Of a stretch of 64,000 nt of DNA, positions 63,799 through 64,000 are shown piece after piece. The DNA is from Nemertoderma westbladi. Taxonomy: Eukaryota; Animalia; Xenacoelomorpha. How positions within the stretch are numbered: the first letter of the stretch is position 1; every line of letters starts with the position of its first letter. The position numbers were made by a program, and so were the translations under genes. The DNA lies in NCBI GenBank assembly GCA_032718475.1, contig JAUCBJ010007842.1, positions 22,754 through 86,753 on the forward strand, in the 5' to 3' direction. Below the pieces are notes generated by a model. That model saw nothing but the letters and a program-made list of their open reading frames with translations. It searched no databases and was not told the origin of the DNA.

Positions 63799-64000
63799 TG
63801 TGGGGCGAGCCACGAAGTGAGTGAGCCTTAGCGTAGTGGTACCATTAATCAACCTGTCGTTCTGTCGTTCTGTCGTTCTGTCGTTCTGTCGTGTTCAATT
63901 TTAAACGTTAATAACTCGGCCAATCTTTGATGAAATCTATCCAAACTTGGTACACATGTTGTTTGGCAAAAGTTTAGAAATTTTCCAAGTAGAATTTCCG
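63799..64000 (+). mobile_element. HINE-like family 5' part, running off the window
   Basis: TGTGGGGCGAGCCACGAAG, (CTGTCGTT)n and AAACTTGGTACACATG. Confidence 0.75.

Overview
AT-rich, repeat-dense window from a bilaterian invertebrate genome, with spliceosomal GT-AG introns and no prokaryotic features or CRISPR. There are four host genes: the last two coding exons of a mixed-lineage kinase (MLK/slipper-type MAP3K, +), an intronless DHRS1-like SDR (-), a complete five-exon tandem-repeat galectin (+, 31727..46849, mostly invisible to the ORF track), and an ARF6-like GTPase with altered switch regions (+). The rest is mostly mobile DNA. About 8 copies of one RTE-clade LINE family with (TAG)n tails are present, one near full length with a 10-bp TSD. 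There are also two other LINE families, an LTR-less Gypsy gag-pro-RT fragment, tRNA-derived SINE-like elements, MITEs/foldbacks and several satellites, one with a 1156-bp higher-order repeat. The strongest leads are: (1) a Helentron/Helitron2-like non-autonomous family with TGTGGGGCGAG...GCCCCACGAACGTG ends that carries large cargo and whose internal repeats contain full-length CTCF-like sites; (2) an orphan zinc-knuckle ORF with a decayed upstream frame in a galectin intron; (3) satellites expanding inside foldback arms; (4) the divergent ARF6 paralog. All family assignments come from motif recognition by eye, not database searches.
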